A DNA stretch of 64,000 nt from a virus: the IMG/VR virus record IMGVR_UViG_3300031721_000685, positions 11,792 to 75,791 of that record; one strand, written 5' to 3'. A program made the position numbers and the translations under genes. Shown here in pieces: positions 45,284 to 54,700 of this stretch. Positions within the stretch are counted from its first letter, which is position 1, and each line of letters starts with the position of its first letter. Below the pieces are notes generated by a model that was not told where the DNA came from, ran no database searches, and worked only from the letters and a program-made list of their open reading frames with translations.

Positions 45284-47143
45284 TTAGAACTTACCTACAA
45301 TTTCTTCAAACTCTACGCCAGTTCTAACTGCAACGAAGTTCAACTGAATGAAGTTGATTGATCTAGCAGGCTTAATATAAATGTCGCCAATAAACTCGTT
45401 ACGGTCAATAACTTCGCCAGTATTGTTCGATGTATCACAAACAACTCGGAAGTCATAGATACCACGACGACCTTGAACGTCACGGAGGAATGGTTCAACT
45501 AGATTTCGAAACTGTGCCCGTGTAAACTCATCATTGAATTCGAAGAGTGAATATTTAGCAGCAGTAGCGATTGCTTTTTCAAGAACAATAAAGAGACGAC
45601 GAACGTTAATGCGGTCAAATGCGCTTGGTCTAGCAAGTAGTGTCTTGTCGCCAAAGAGTAGTGTGCCCTGACCAGCTTGTGTAATAACTGGGTTTACGCC
45701 AGCTTTGTAGAGTTGATCTCGTTCACCTTTCTTAGGATTGTATGCTAATTTAACAACGTTCTTGATGATACCACGATTGTAACCTGCTGGCGAATACCAT
45801 GGGTCACGAGTTGTGTCTGTGCGAACGCAAAGACCAGCAATGTCACCGTTAAGTGGCACATATCGGAACTTATCGTTATATTTGTCATACTGATATTTGT
45901 AACCAGAGTCAACAACAGCATATGAAGATTGAGTTAGAGCAGCTTCGAATGCTAGAACTTGATCAAGTTCAGCACCAATTGCTTGCTCAACAACGTCAGT
46001 GCGTTCTGGTGAGATGAATACGACACAATCTTTACGATTTTCAGCGACATTATCGATGATATAGTTAGCAGTCGTTGTATTAGCTTTACCTGCGAGGAAG
46101 AGAGAGATATCAATCTCTTCAGCATTCTGATAAAGGTCAATACCTCTAGCGAGCCTTGAAAGAGCAATTAATGATTCAGTACCGTTAGTGCCTTCAGAAC
46201 CATTTGAGAATGATATGTAGTTGGCACTATCAGCAAGTGCAACAGCAGTTGCCCAAACGTAGCTTGAACGTTCGTTGACTACATCTTTGTAGTAAATAGA
46301 GCTGCCTTGGTCATCTAAGTCGCCATCTGTTACGCTAACATCAGAGTATACTTCGAGGATTGTGTTAGCTGTACCTGAGATGCCGCCATCTTCGTCAACA
46401 ACGACGATATGTGCGTTAGAACCAGTAGGAGCGCCATCAACGTTTAGATAGTATGCCCATTTACGAGTTGCTGTTGTTGGTGATGTGTCTGATAGACGAT
46501 ATGCAGGAGCAAAAGTGATAGTAGCAGCACCGCCAGCAAGCGCTGTTGATACAACAGTCAAATCTTGAAATCCAATAGTTGAACTACCAACACGAAGAAC
46601 ATCACCAGCAGCTAGATTTGTAGTGCCGTTAGAACCCGCAACAGCGGTATCCAATTGCGTATTAGCACATCCAACTGTTGTATTGCCCGTTTGTAGTCCA
46701 GTCGCAAGAGTGATTGCTTCAGAGAAGTCAGCAGCATCAAAGCACACAGAAGTTTCTAGGTTGTTACCCCACGTACCAGCAGATTGAGCGACGAATACGC
46801 CTTGACCAGTAAGCGCTTCCGCTTCTGTGCGTGTTTCGATGAGGATTGTCGTGTTACCAGAAGAAGAAGCAGTTACAGCATCTGCGGCTGTGACACGAGT
46901 AACATATAGCTTGTTACCGTATGACAGGAAGTTGGCAGCAGTTAAGAATGTTTCATAGTTATTTACGGTTGGTTTACCATAACGAATAACCAAATCTTCT
47001 TCTGACGTGATAAGAGTTGTTTGTTCTACTTGACCTTGTGTGAAAACGCCAACAATGACACCTTCTGTTGTTGATACGGCAGGAACTACGGTAGAGAGGT
47101 CAATCTCTGACACGTTAACACCTGGACTTACTTGAAATGGCAT
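45284..47143 (-). CDS. 18: Tail sheath protein (gp18)
   Basis: SPGV...E.D, PW.SPAG..RG, GDKT, FDRINVRRLF, FEFND; late promoter at 47193-47200. Confidence 0.97.
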   Translation of the reverse strand: MPFQVSPGVNVSEIDLSTVVPAVSTTEGVIVGVFTQGQVEQTTLITSEEDLVIRYGKPTVNNYETFLTAANFLSYGNKLYVTRVTAADAVTASSSGNTTILIETRTEAEALTGQGVFVAQSAGTWGNNLETSVCFDAADFSEAITLATGLQTGNTTVGCANTQLDTAVAGSNGTTNLAAGDVLRVGSSTIGFQDLTVVSTALAGGAATITFAPAYRLSDTSPTTATRKWAYYLNVDGAPTGSNAHIVVVDEDGGISGTANTILEVYSDVSVTDGDLDDQGSSIYYKDVVNERSSYVWATAVALADSANYISFSNGSEGTNGTESLIALSRLARGIDLYQNAEEIDISLFLAGKANTTTANYIIDNVAENRKDCVVFISPERTDVVEQAIGAELDQVLAFEAALTQSSYAVVDSGYKYQYDKYNDKFRYVPLNGDIAGLCVRTDTTRDPWYSPAGYNRGIIKNVVKLAYNPKKGERDQLYKAGVNPVITQAGQGTLLFGDKTLLARPSAFDRINVRRLFIVLEKAIATAAKYSLFEFNDEFTRAQFRNLVEPFLRDVQGRRGIYDFRVVCDTSNNTGEVIDRNEFIGDIYIKPARSINFIQLNFVAVRTGVEFEEIVGKF

Positions 47144-47235
47144 AGTTCATTTCTCCTTGATATCTTAGATTCTGGTTACCGATTATTTTTATTATTTATA
47201 AAAAACGATATTTTACTGCGTTGCTAAAGCTCGTT

Positions 47236-48837
47236 CTACCATTCTCCAGTTGTCGGAACAAGGTCTTGAGATTGGTCATCATGACCTGAGTCGTAAAATC
47301 CAAATGGTAGAAGGTCTTGCATCATTTGCTCTTCGCTTTTTTGTCTCAATTTTGTCATAGTATTAATATCTGTAATAGAATTAAAATATTGTTGAGCGGA
47401 TAACCAAGCAAAAAGAACTAAGCACATAACTAAATCATCGTGACTTCCTGATTCTGCCTCATAGCTATTACCTTTTCTGGAGAATGTAGAAAGTTCTTTG
47501 ATAGTGTCAAAATCGTTAATTATAATTTGGTCTTGCTCTATCATCAATTTGAGAATGGAAGACCCAGTAGATTTAACAGATTTTGTTGTTCGTATACCTT
47601 TGTCAATATTTTTACCACCAAATCCACTTGATACTCTTTTTCCTGATCTACCAGCAGATTCTGTTGTTATTAAGTTTTCGACTTCATATTCAAAATATAA
47701 TAAATCAGCAACTTGCCCGCCAATATCGTTTATTTCAATGAGTGTGTGTGCATCATTATAATATGTTACTATTCTATGTATAGTTTCAGTGTATTCTATT
47801 GGAGTAACAAGACTGTCTCTATATATGCACACTTGTTTATAAGGCATTGATGTAACATCTATAACTTGAAACGCCGAATAATCTAATCCTTTACCTCTTG
47901 ACACATCAACGACACACGTATATATTCTGTCTTTTTCTGGTTGTTCATATACTTTAATACCCGCTTGATCTTGAATGGGGTTTTTATGAAACAATTGTTG
48001 CAGTTTAGATCCATCGATTAATGTACCAGAACTACCAAGAAACTCGCAACAAAATTCCTGTGAAAACTTTTGTGTATCAAAGTCCATAGAAGCAAGAGTT
48101 TCTTTCTTCCATTTTTCACCTCTACCAGGCACTTTATACCACGGCACTTCTACAAAAGCATATCCGTTGCGATCTTCTTTCGCACCCTGAAAAGTCTTAT
48201 AGAAATGATTGAGTCCGTTTGGTGTAGAAGTCAGTAGAATTTTTGTAGTAATGCCAGATGAAATTGTTGGAAACACCGAAGCGAAAAATGAGTCCCAATT
48301 CTCTACGAATGCTGTTTCATCAATATAGAGATATGATACAGACTTACCACGAATAGCGCTACTGCTTGTTGCAGTGGCAATAATCTTACATCCATTTTCA
48401 AATTCAACAGAGCCTTTGTTCCACTCAACTACACCTTGTTGAATCCATTTTGGTAATGCTTCAAATGCAATCTTAATACGGTCAAGAATCTCTCTAGCAG
48501 CATCACCTTTATTAGCGAGTAATGCTACAGTCTTGTGCCCATTGAATAGAATGTAATGAAGAATGAGTACAACTGCTGTAGTAGTTTTGCCCGCCTGTCT
48601 TGATGTATTGACGACGACGTTTCTAGATTTTTCTGATTTGTTAATAATGTCTTTTTGATAGTCGTAAAGTACAATAGGAATTAGCCCACGGTCTACATGA
48701 ACAATTTGAATATATTTTTCTGCAAAATAAGCAATGTCCTTACTACATTTAACATACTCGGCTACAAGTTCTTGTGACCATTCAATCCGAGTGTCTTTTC
48801 TTTTGAGGTTGACATTCCCCAAATAACCTCTTTCCAT
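47236..48837 (-). CDS. 17: Terminase large subunit (gp17)
   Basis: YLGN.NLK, SRQAGKTT, YIDE.AF, STPNG, DVSRG...DYS, HDDLVM. Confidence 0.97.
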   Translation of the reverse strand: MERGYLGNVNLKRKDTRIEWSQELVAEYVKCSKDIAYFAEKYIQIVHVDRGLIPIVLYDYQKDIINKSEKSRNVVVNTSRQAGKTTTAVVLILHYILFNGHKTVALLANKGDAAREILDRIKIAFEALPKWIQQGVVEWNKGSVEFENGCKIIATATSSSAIRGKSVSYLYIDETAFVENWDSFFASVFPTISSGITTKILLTSTPNGLNHFYKTFQGAKEDRNGYAFVEVPWYKVPGRGEKWKKETLASMDFDTQKFSQEFCCEFLGSSGTLIDGSKLQQLFHKNPIQDQAGIKVYEQPEKDRIYTCVVDVSRGKGLDYSAFQVIDVTSMPYKQVCIYRDSLVTPIEYTETIHRIVTYYNDAHTLIEINDIGGQVADLLYFEYEVENLITTESAGRSGKRVSSGFGGKNIDKGIRTTKSVKSTGSSILKLMIEQDQIIINDFDTIKELSTFSRKGNSYEAESGSHDDLVMCLVLFAWLSAQQYFNSITDINTMTKLRQKSEEQMMQDLLPFGFYDSGHDDQSQDLVPTTGEW

Positions 48838-49220
48838 TATAATTCTTTCAACGCTTTTTGTAAATCTGCCGTTGAACCTACAAACAAATTGTTATTAACT
48901 GTCTGTGGTCCAAAGTCTTCTTTAGGAGCGAGTTCTTGTTTCTTTTTAGAAAGATCAAGAAGGTCTTTGTTAGCATTAACAAGAGTGGTCATCAATGTGG
49001 AAACAACTTCATACGCTCTTGGATGCTCTGAAGCACGAGCAACATCTATCATTTGCTCAAGTGCATGATTGCCCTGTTCAATGACAGAATACAAATTTTC
49101 TCTTGTGTATTTGAAATCGTTTTCAATATCATTATCTGTCTTTTTAGGAACAATAACAGAAACGCTTTCACGCTTTACTGGTTCTAAACCCAAAGCAGTT
49201 GTGATAGTTTCATCGTCCAT
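48837..49220 (-). CDS. 16: Terminase small subunit (gp16)
   Basis: D..Y.RENL, SEHPRAYEV, NNLFVGST.DLQK.L. Confidence 0.93.
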   Translation of the reverse strand: MDDETITTALGLEPVKRESVSVIVPKKTDNDIENDFKYTRENLYSVIEQGNHALEQMIDVARASEHPRAYEVVSTLMTTLVNANKDLLDLSKKKQELAPKEDFGPQTVNNNLFVGSTADLQKALKEL

Positions 49221-49221
49221 A

Positions 49222-50280
49222 TTAACTATCCTCTATAATAACAACGTATGCCCAGTTATCATCTTTGTTGATTTCGGTATGAGCAACTGATTCATTATCA
49301 GGTACTGAAATCGTCACTGTTGGTGATGATGCATAACCAGAACCAGCACTTGTGATAGTCAGTTCACGAACACCATCATTTACAACATTAGCACTTGCTG
49401 TTGCTGTATTACTGCCCGAATCAGGAGCAGCGATTGTAACAGTAGCGCTGTTGTAGCCAATACCATTAGTAATAACTTCAAACGACGATACACTATCACC
49501 AGTAATCTGTGCGTTTGCTGTAGCACGAACTGTTTGACTTGAAACGAATCCTGCTGGGTCACCATTTGCTAGTAAGCCTGGATATACCTTGACGCTTTGC
49601 ATTGAACTGTTAGAATAATCACCGTTTGCAAACTGACTATAGAAGTTGACATTAGCAAACTTGATGATTTTCTTAGTCGTGACTGGACCAAAGAAGTAGC
49701 CCTTCATTGTGAAGGTTAATGTCCAAATCACAACTCGTCTTGTATTAAAATCCCCGTCATACACTTCTTCACTACTGACAGAATTCATGATTGTGGGTAT
49801 GTCAAAATATTCATCTAAAGCATCAACAAGTTTGACAGAAGCAGTCCACTCTGGTTTGAAGAATGGAAGAATCTGTTCTAAAATTTTAGTACCATCTTCA
49901 GAATACTTTGCCATAATGGACAGCGTAAAGTCCATATTATATGGTGCTGGCGCAAACTGAGTTGTTAAAATTTGATTGTTAGCGGATACTGATTTTGTGT
50001 TACGAATTCTACCAGTCAATCTACGCTCTGGGTCGTATGAGACATTCGTCATCTCGAATGATATACGAGGCAATGAGATTGCTGCGGCATTAGTTAAACT
50101 TGAGTCGCCCTCAAGTCTTGCAAGAAATTTCTGCATTGGACCATAAGCTATAGGCACACGAAACTGCTTTTTAGTTACGCTACTGTTATTTTCACGAGAG
50201 ATTAAAATCTCGTTGAATAGAGTGCCAAACACAGTGACATATCTACGAAGAGTGCCGTGATAAAAGCTATGTCCAAACAT
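49222..50280 (-). CDS. 15: Tail sheath stabiliser/completion protein (gp15) with C-terminal insertion
   Basis: FGTLFN.I, VPIAYGP..KFL.R, LPR.SFE, EQILPFF.P, WTL.F..K.Y.FGP. Confidence 0.92.
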   Translation of the reverse strand: MFGHSFYHGTLRRYVTVFGTLFNEILISRENNSSVTKKQFRVPIAYGPMQKFLARLEGDSSLTNAAAISLPRISFEMTNVSYDPERRLTGRIRNTKSVSANNQILTTQFAPAPYNMDFTLSIMAKYSEDGTKILEQILPFFKPEWTASVKLVDALDEYFDIPTIMNSVSSEEVYDGDFNTRRVVIWTLTFTMKGYFFGPVTTKKIIKFANVNFYSQFANGDYSNSSMQSVKVYPGLLANGDPAGFVSSQTVRATANAQITGDSVSSFEVITNGIGYNSATVTIAAPDSGSNTATASANVVNDGVRELTITSAGSGYASSPTVTISVPDNESVAHTEINKDDNWAYVVIIEDS

Positions 50281-50942
50281 TAGAACCTACCTCCTTCAGA
50301 GAAAGGATCAGCTTCAGAGAAATCGATGATACCATCCGCTGCTGTCTCAATCGTGCTGTTATCAGCAAATGGGTCTTGGGATTCCAAGTACTCAATAGAT
50401 GTATTAGAAGTTGTTTCGTAACCAGCAAAGAGCGTATCAATCTCGGATACACCTGTGCTGAAAGTCTCTTGTGAATATTCAAACATTTCACATCTTAAAT
50501 CGTACATCTGTAGAGCGCCCATCTGATAAAACACTGGCTCATGCTCAACAAACTTAACCTCAAACATCTTCTTGTTGAGTGGGAAATAAATCAAGTCACC
50601 TTCAAGTGGTCTATCGTTCGCAGTATATGATGCTACGTCAAGTTCAAATGTTCTTTTAGCAATCGTCAATGTCATCTCATCACGAATCTCTAAACCAAAC
50701 TTCGATAAGAAGTCGCCTTCGCCTTCAAACCCATCAAAGTTCTTGATGTACATATCAATGAAGTCTGCTCTCTTGAATTCAGAGAGGTCATCTTCGTTTA
50801 GAATATCATCTACTGCACCAGCAGTTCTTGTGATGTAATAGATATCATGCCCGTGTAATTTGATTGACTCAATAACCAAATCTTCTATGAGATACTGCTC
50901 CATAGAAGACTCAAAGTTATTAAAATATACTGAGGTTGGCAT
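50280..50942 (-). CDS. 14: Neck protein (gp14)
   Basis: EQ.LIEDL..ESI..G, SKFGL...DE, RP.EGDLIYFP, FYQ.G, DFSE..PF. Confidence 0.95.
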   Translation of the reverse strand: MPTSVYFNNFESSMEQYLIEDLVIESIKLHGHDIYYITRTAGAVDDILNEDDLSEFKRADFIDMYIKNFDGFEGEGDFLSKFGLEIRDEMTLTIAKRTFELDVASYTANDRPLEGDLIYFPLNKKMFEVKFVEHEPVFYQMGALQMYDLRCEMFEYSQETFSTGVSEIDTLFAGYETTSNTSIEYLESQDPFADNSTIETAADGIIDFSEADPFSEGGRF

Positions 50943-50947
50943 AAATC

Positions 50948-51688
50948 TTATCCTGTCATATCATGTACGGGTAAGGAATAAGAAGTAGTCATATCTTCTT
51001 CGAGACGCTGAATCTCTTCTCGTGCATCAGAAAGAATTTGTTCACCGTTGAATGTTACGCCACCCGGTAGTTGCATTCCATTGAACTTTGTGAGGTTTGA
51101 CCCCCACTGATATTTAATCTTTGCTGTGGCATAATTCTGTAGCCAACGGTCTTTGTAAACATCACTATATGTTGCTGGGTCTACAATCTGGTAGCATTCT
51201 GCAACAACAAAATCCCCAGCATTTACTTTTGCCCAATCCATATCAATATGAAGACGGTTGATGTGTCGATTGTAGCGAATAGGCTGCTTACCAACAAGCA
51301 TCTCTTCAATGAACTGAATATGTTGCATTGCCATCATATATTCTTGAAGTCTATATGAACTCATATTATACATATCGTTGAGAGCAAACTGATAGCGAAT
51401 GTTGAATAGATTATTGACAGAAAGAGAGTCGCCAATATCAAAAATATTCACTACACCAATAATGTTTTCTGCGATAGTAATATACTTGTTTGTAATATCA
51501 GTAGAAGTGAGAGCGTGTTTTAGAAACGTCTTTTCTGTACCATCGAAATGATAGTCCCAATAGTATGAGAATGACTCATCAATACGATCATCAACTTGGT
51601 CATCGTCTACGTTAATTTCAATCACAGGCTTACCTAGCTTTCTGAGGCACCACTCTTTGAATTCTGGTTTTGTAGTTGGCTGTGCCAT
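50948..51688 (-). CDS. 13: Neck protein (gp13)
   Basis: LRKLG.PVI.INV..DQ..DRID, YH.DG, K.QWG.NL.KF.G.QLPGG; late promoter at 51713-51720. Confidence 0.95.
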   Translation of the reverse strand: MAQPTTKPEFKEWCLRKLGKPVIEINVDDDQVDDRIDESFSYYWDYHFDGTEKTFLKHALTSTDITNKYITIAENIIGVVNIFDIGDSLSVNNLFNIRYQFALNDMYNMSSYRLQEYMMAMQHIQFIEEMLVGKQPIRYNRHINRLHIDMDWAKVNAGDFVVAECYQIVDPATYSDVYKDRWLQNYATAKIKYQWGSNLTKFNGMQLPGGVTFNGEQILSDAREEIQRLEEDMTTSYSLPVHDMTG

Positions 51689-51735
51689 GCAAGACTCCTG
51701 TTATTTTCTTTTTATTTATAAGAATTCATTATGTA

Positions 51736-54700
51736 TCATAAGCTTTTAGTTAAAGTGGCAATTTGAGATTTGAGTTCCTCAATTTGAGTAGATAATTCTT
51801 GAATAGCTTTAATAGCAACTGGAAGAAGTTTGCCAGGAGCAGCTTCCAATCTGTCTGGGTTTGTTTTTAACACAAGGTTCAAAACATCTTCAATGCCTGC
51901 ATCTTGCTGTGCTTGATCCAATTCTTGTGCTATAAACCCAGTCTCTTTCTGTCCTACTTTAGCTCCGTCTCTCATGTTCCATGCAAACTGAACAGGATTT
52001 AATTTGTTGATGAAGTCAAGACCAAACGGAAGTTCTTTGATGTCTGTTTTATCTCTACGATCTGACAATGCAGAAATGCTTGTGACTTGAGCACGAATTG
52101 CTGAAATATTAGCGTCACCCAGAGTAATTTCATTGCTGACGTCCACTGCCGATGCTGCCGCATCGTGACCAATGAGGGTATTGTTGCTTCCGGTCGTCAG
52201 TGCGTCACCGGCGTTCGTGCCGAGAATAGTATTGTTGCTACCGGTTGTAACGTTAGAACCTGCTTGATAGCCCATTATAACGTTTACTGCTCCGCTGGTT
52301 AAATCGTAACCGGCTTGATAACCAATAGCGACATTATAATCACCAGTAAGAACGCCTAAGCCAATAGCAGTGTAACCAATAGCGACATTATACTCAGCAC
52401 TAGTTGCGTTAATGCCTACTGAATGGCCTTGGAAGTTATTACCGTGAGTGGTAGTTAACTTATAGCCTGCTCTATAGCCAAGTAATATGTGATGGCTTCC
52501 GGTAGTTAAAATACTACCAGTCTCTTGTCCAATACCAATATTATAAGTGCCAGTAAGAACGCCTAAGCCCAGTGCTGAATATCCAACACCGAAATTATAA
52601 TCACCACCAGTTACGTTACCGCCTGCATTATAGCCTTGGAAGACGTTATGCGCACCATCAGTTAAATCGTTGCCAGCCAAACGTCCAATAGCGATATTAT
52701 AACTACCAGTAAGGACACCTGCGCTAATTGCACCGTAACCAATAGCGACATTATGACTACCAGTAGTTGCGTTAGCGCCTGCTTGATAGCCTTGGAAGAC
52801 GTTTGTAGTGCCGCTGGTTAAATCGTAGCCAGCTTGAAAACCTAGAGCAATGTTATTGTCGCCAGTTAGGACACCTAAGCCAATTGCATCTCTGCCAATA
52901 GCGACAGTATAGTTAGCAGTAGTTGCGTTACGGGCAGCGAGCACGCCAGCAAATACGTTATTATGCCCGCTGGTCAAATCTTCGCCAGCTTGACTGCCAA
53001 TAGCGACATTACCAGCACCAGTTAGAACGCCTGCGCCAATTGCTTCTCTACCAATAGCTACAGTATTAGTAGCAGTAGTTGCGTTCCTGGCTGCTACTAA
53101 ACCAATAGCGATATTATCAGCACCAGTTAGAACACCTGCGCTAATTGCTTCTTTACCAATAGCTACAGTATTAATAGCAGTAGTTGCGTTAGCGCCTGCT
53201 AGATAGCCTAGAGCGATATTATCACTACCAGTTAGAACACCTGCGCCAATTGCTTCTCTACCAATAGCTACATTCTGCGAACCAGTAGTTGCGTTATAGC
53301 CTGCTGCATAGCCTTGGAAGACGTTATGCGCACCACTGGTTAAATCATAGCCAGCATAACGTCCAATAGCGATATTATAATCACCAGTAAGAACGCCTAA
53401 GCCAATTGTCTGGTATCCAATAGCGATAGTATAATCAGCAGTAGTTGCGTTATAGCCTGCTGCATAGCCTTGGAAGATGTTGGCAGCACCACTGGTTAAA
53501 TCATAGCCAGCATAACGTCCAAGAGCAATATTATAACTACCAGTAAGAACGCCTAAGCCAATAGCAGTGTAACCAATAGCGACAGTATAGGTAGCAGTAG
53601 TTGCGTTAAAGCCTGCTGCATAGCCTTGGAAGATGTTGGCAGCACCACTGGTTAAATCTTTGCCAGCATCACGTCCAAGAGCAATATTATAATTACCAGT
53701 AAGAACGCCTAAGCCAATTGCGTTTGTGCCAATAGCGATAGTATAATGAGCACTAGTTGCGTTAAAGCCTGCTGCATAACCTTGGAAGACGTTATGCGTA
53801 CCACTGGTTAAATCATAGGCAGCAGAACGTCCAATAGCAATGTTATGGTCGCCAGTTAGAACACCTAAGCCAATTGCATTTCTGCCAATAGCGATAGTAT
53901 CATTAGAAGTAGTTGCGTTATAACCTGCTCGATAGCCTTGGAAGACGTTATATGTACCACTAGTTAAATCATAGCCAGCCTGGTGACCAATAGCGATATT
54001 GTCAGCACCAGTTAGGACACCTAAGCCAATAGCACTGTAACCAATAGCGACAGTATAGTTAGCAGTAGTTGCATTATAGCCTGCTCGATAGCCTTGGAAG
54101 ACGTTATATGCACCACTAGTTAAATCGTTGCCAACTTGACGGCCAATAGCGATGTTATCAGTACCAGTCATAACGCCTACACCAATTGCTTCATAGCCGA
54201 TAGCAATAGGATAGTTTGATGTAGTGGCTTGTAATCCTGCTTCGTACCCAACAAATACACCACCAGTGCCTGAAGTAATGTCTTCACCAGCTTTATAACC
54301 TAATGCGGTGTTATAGTTGTCCGAACCATCATCATTAGCTAAAGCATCAGTGCCTAGACCAATTGTTTTACCACTATCTAGTGTTTTGGCGTCGGACAGA
54401 TCATTAATAGCTAATGCACCAGTACCAGCATTGATTCTATCATCAATAGCGGCAGAGGTCATCAACGATGTATCATTATCAGCGAATGATTCTGCTGAAG
54501 TTTGAGCAGTAGTGAACGTTATACTATCAAAAGTAAATCCAGTACCGATTGATGGTGAAGTCAAAGTCTTATTGGTAAGTGTTTGACTACCAGTAAGGGT
54601 CGCAACAGTAGAGTCAATAGCGAATGTTCTATTAGCACCAAGTGTGCCACCACCAGTTAACCCAGTACCAGCAGTCAATGTTCGTGAAGTGTATACACCA

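Noticed and set aside
27385-48837. Introns, inteins or homing endonucleases in gp43, gp46, uvsW, gp23, gp20 or gp17
   Set aside because: All are continuous ORFs of normal length, with no HNH, GIY-YIG or LAGLIDADG motifs noticed.
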